Source: an uncultured Gammaproteobacteria bacterium
GTDB taxonomy: Bacteria > Patescibacteriota > Microgenomatia > CAYXHB01
Direction: 5' to 3'
Length of the DNA stretch: 64,000 nucleotides
Assembly: GCA_964561945.1 (NCBI GenBank)
Contig: CAZLQM010000001.1
Location: forward strand, 25,655-89,654
The translations under genes were made by a program, and so were the position numbers. Under the pieces are notes generated by a model. That model made no database searches. It was not told the DNA's origin and saw only the letters and a list, made by a program, of their open reading frames with translations. Below, one piece after another: positions 61,393 to 64,000 of the stretch (positions are counted from its first letter, which is position 1; every line of letters starts with the position of its first letter).

Positions 61393-63782
61393 TTAATATT
61401 ATAAATTGGTGGGCAACTTGGTGGTTACTCGGCATAGTATCTTTGCCTGTAACGATTCGATTATTCAAATCGTTGAATGATGAGGGTTATGCAGTGGCGC
61501 GGTTATTGGGTGTATTAGTAATTTCATATGTTGTGTGGTTGTTGGCTTCGATAAAAGTAATGCCTTTTTCGTTAGTCGGCGTTTGGTCTATCTTAATTAT
61601 TTGGACTTTGATAAATGGCTATTTATATAAAATAAATCAGAAAGACGACATAGAAATTATTAAAATTTATTGGTGGAAGTGGATACGTATTGAAATGATT
61701 TTTGTTTTTTTTCTTGCGTTTTGGAGTTTAATCAGAAGTTTTTATCCTGATATTAATGGCTTGGAAAAATTTATGGATTATGGATTTATGAATTCTATAT
61801 TACGGAGTGATTATTTTCCACCTCATGATATGTGGTATGCCGGTGGTTCAATAAACTATTATTACTACGGGCACTATGTTAGTGCCTTGGTTACAAAAAT
61901 ATCTCAGGTTCCTAGTCAAATTAGTTACAACTTGATGATTAGTACTATCTTAGCAAACGCTGCAATTGCTATTTATTCATTGGTTGGTAGCATCGTAGAA
62001 TGGACTTGGGGAGATAAAAAAAATAGTAGTTTGATATGGGTTAAATTCGGTGGAACGTTAGCTGTATTTTTATTATTACTACGAGGAAATTTACATCTGG
62101 GTGCATATGAACTGGGTAAGATGCTAAGTAGCTGTGAAACACGAACTGACGGCACTATGACCAATTGTGTTTCCAAATATAGTGGTATTAACAAAGGATG
62201 GTTCCCTGATGTTTCCAAACCATACTGGTATCCTGATGCTACTCGCTATATCCCCTACACTATCCATGAATTTCCTATATATAGCTTTGTGGTGGCTGAT
62301 TTGCATGCCCATTTAATTAATTTGCCATTTGTACTTTTGTATCTATCGCTTTTGCTTCAATTGATTAAAGAATCGTATACGAAGCTTGGGAAATGGCTTG
62401 TGGCTGGGTGGATATTGGGAATTTTCTATATGACGAATGCATGGGATTGGCCAATTTATATGTTGCTTACCGGCATGTGTTTGTTATATTTGCAGTTTTC
62501 AAATATATTGAAATTCACTTCTAAACAATGGTTATGGATTCAAGGAACTGGATTAACTATATTTGCAGCGCTAGTCGGACTTTGGGGGATTGCTATTAAA
62601 ACAACTCTTTTTTCTAGTGGCAATGATAACTTTGAATGGCCATTGATTATTGCAAGTCTAGTTTTGACAATTATCGGAGTTAGCGTGACTAAACAAATTA
62701 AAATCAAAGACTGGGCAAATGTGAAAGATGTTTTATATGGATTAGTTTTGCCTTGTCTGATTATATTGGGAATATCAATTTTGGTTGCCTTACCTTTTCA
62801 TTTGAAATTCGAACAAATAGCTCAAGGAGTTGGGCTGGTAACAACAAGGTCAGAAATTTCTAAACTATTAACGCTTTGGGGGTGGGATTTATTTACGGGG
62901 TTGATACTTATTGGAATTATGGTGCTTAGTAAGCTCGGTAAAATTAAGCAGATTGATTTTAGCTTGGATGGAATAATGGTAGTTATTTGGTTACTAGGAA
63001 TTATTTTAATAATAATTCCTGAATTTATATATGTTAAAGATATATATATTCAGGAATATCATCGAGCCAATACAATGTTTAAATTAGTTTATCAGTCTTG
63101 GACGTTGTTTTCGATTGTATCTGCTTATACAGTAATTAGACTTATACGATTAACTCTTGGGCGTGTTGGTAATATAATCCGTGTGCCATTAATTATGGTA
63201 ATCATTCTAATGTTGTGGCAAATGGCGAGATATCCTGTAATTGCAATTAACTCTTATTATCCAATGTTTAATTCCATAACAGGTGAATTAAACATTGATA
63301 AAATGCACAATGGTTTGGATGGAGAATTATGGCTAAAAGATCAAAATGCTAATGAATATGCATTACTGAAAAGTCTAAAGAAAATTGAAGGCTCGCCTGT
63401 TATTCTGGAGGCACCGGGAGATAGTTATACAGAGTTTAATCGATTCTCTTCGTATACTGGACTGCCAACCGTTGAGGGCTGGCTGGTGCATGAATGGTTG
63501 TGGCGAGGAAGCTATGATGGCCCTGGGCGGAGAGCCAGCGAAGTGGAACATATTTATACTGCAGCAGATGAAAATTCGGAAAGATCAGTCTACGATGGAC
63601 CGCCAATTCCTAATGTCAAAGAATTAATCAAGAAATATGGGATAAAATATATAATAATAGGAGAGAAAGAGCGTGATAAATATGGAAGAGTTGATGCAAG
63701 ATTGAACGTAGACTTAATAAAAAGTTTGGCCGATGAGATTTTTGTTGCTGGAGATAGTAGATTATATAAAGTTAGGGAGTAA
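61389..63782 (+). CDS. DUF2298 / YYY-domain membrane protein (GT-C-like)
   Basis: EKFMD, PPHDMWYAGGSINYYYYG, TIHEFPIYSF, DLHAH, NAWD, NTMFK, TGLPTVEGW..HE..WR. Confidence 0.82.
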   Translation: MINIINWWATWWLLGIVSLPVTIRLFKSLNDEGYAVARLLGVLVISYVVWLLASIKVMPFSLVGVWSILIIWTLINGYLYKINQKDDIEIIKIYWWKWIRIEMIFVFFLAFWSLIRSFYPDINGLEKFMDYGFMNSILRSDYFPPHDMWYAGGSINYYYYGHYVSALVTKISQVPSQISYNLMISTILANAAIAIYSLVGSIVEWTWGDKKNSSLIWVKFGGTLAVFLLLLRGNLHLGAYELGKMLSSCETRTDGTMTNCVSKYSGINKGWFPDVSKPYWYPDATRYIPYTIHEFPIYSFVVADLHAHLINLPFVLLYLSLLLQLIKESYTKLGKWLVAGWILGIFYMTNAWDWPIYMLLTGMCLLYLQFSNILKFTSKQWLWIQGTGLTIFAALVGLWGIAIKTTLFSSGNDNFEWPLIIASLVLTIIGVSVTKQIKIKDWANVKDVLYGLVLPCLIILGISILVALPFHLKFEQIAQGVGLVTTRSEISKLLTLWGWDLFTGLILIGIMVLSKLGKIKQIDFSLDGIMVVIWLLGIILIIIPEFIYVKDIYIQEYHRANTMFKLVYQSWTLFSIVSAYTVIRLIRLTLGRVGNIIRVPLIMVIILMLWQMARYPVIAINSYYPMFNSITGELNIDKMHNGLDGELWLKDQNANEYALLKSLKKIEGSPVILEAPGDSYTEFNRFSSYTGLPTVEGWLVHEWLWRGSYDGPGRRASEVEHIYTAADENSERSVYDGPPIPNVKELIKKYGIKYIIIGEKERDKYGRVDARLNVDLIKSLADEIFVAGDSRLYKVRE

Positions 63783-63845
63783 TTAATGGTATGAGGAAAG
63801 CTGTTTAGTTTTTGAGCTTAATATAAAGTATAATATCCATAGTCT

Positions 63846-64000
63846 ATGAAGTTTTTTGCTGTCTTAATTACTTTAATTGTTTTTTGGGGGTTAGTTCCAT
63901 CTATTAATGACGTAAGTGCGTATACGGATTGGGATAGGCAGTATTTCCCTTCAATTGCAATGCACAATGAAATTGAAACTGAAAAATTTTTGATTGATTC
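63846..64000 (+). CDS. Secreted protein, N-terminal fragment
   Basis: MKFFAVLITLIVFWGLVPSINDVSAYTDW..., open to the window end. Signal-peptide-like, with TATAAT upstream. Confidence 0.6.
   Translation, partial: MKFFAVLITLIVFWGLVPSINDVSAYTDWDRQYFPSIAMHNEIETEKFLID

Noticed and set aside
1007-63627. Many 60-130 aa ORFs antisense to, or out of frame within, long genes (e.g. 1007-1240, 9641-9919, 12611-12997, 44215-44603, 46126-47864, 48008-48232, 49311-49547)
   Set aside because: They are shadow ORFs overlapping well-supported genes and show no recognisable motifs.
1-64000. CRISPR arrays, transposases, integrases, prophage genes, rRNA, or TGA recoding (code 25)
   Set aside because: None recognised. 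Conserved genes are uninterrupted in code 11 and several end in TGA.

Overview
Gene-dense, AT-rich bacterial chromosome segment in standard code 11 (TGA is used as a stop). Its gene content and streamlined proteins (short IF2 and HrcA, no rimP/rbfA/truB in the nusA-pnp block, many GT-C and FN3 surface proteins, ComM, PilN/O) suggest a Patescibacteria/CPR genome, probably Microgenomates; this is inference. It holds: housekeeping blocks (lysS-greA; nusA-infB-DHH-like-rpsO-pnp-truncated Lon-rnj-ftsK-rodZ; lepA-hrcA-grpE-dnaK-dnaJ; murJ; rpsT; lon; comM); a ~13 kb surface-glycan locus; a cellulose-synthase-like GT2/GT-C pair; a crtI-crtB-lycopene elongase operon; and a pilN-pilO-FN3 protein-oxidoreductase-GT39-GT39-DUF2298 block. 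The most notable observations are the putative C50 carotenoid operon, a Lon AAA+-only paralog without the pore-loop Tyr between PNPase and RNase J, a recurring -10-N6-ATG leaderless promoter layout, three CIRCE operators (one at lon), a catalytically eroded DHH paralog, an exact 73-bp tandem duplication and candidate structured RNAs. I saw no CRISPR array, rRNA, clear tRNA or transposase. All calls come from motif recognition by eye, with no database searches.
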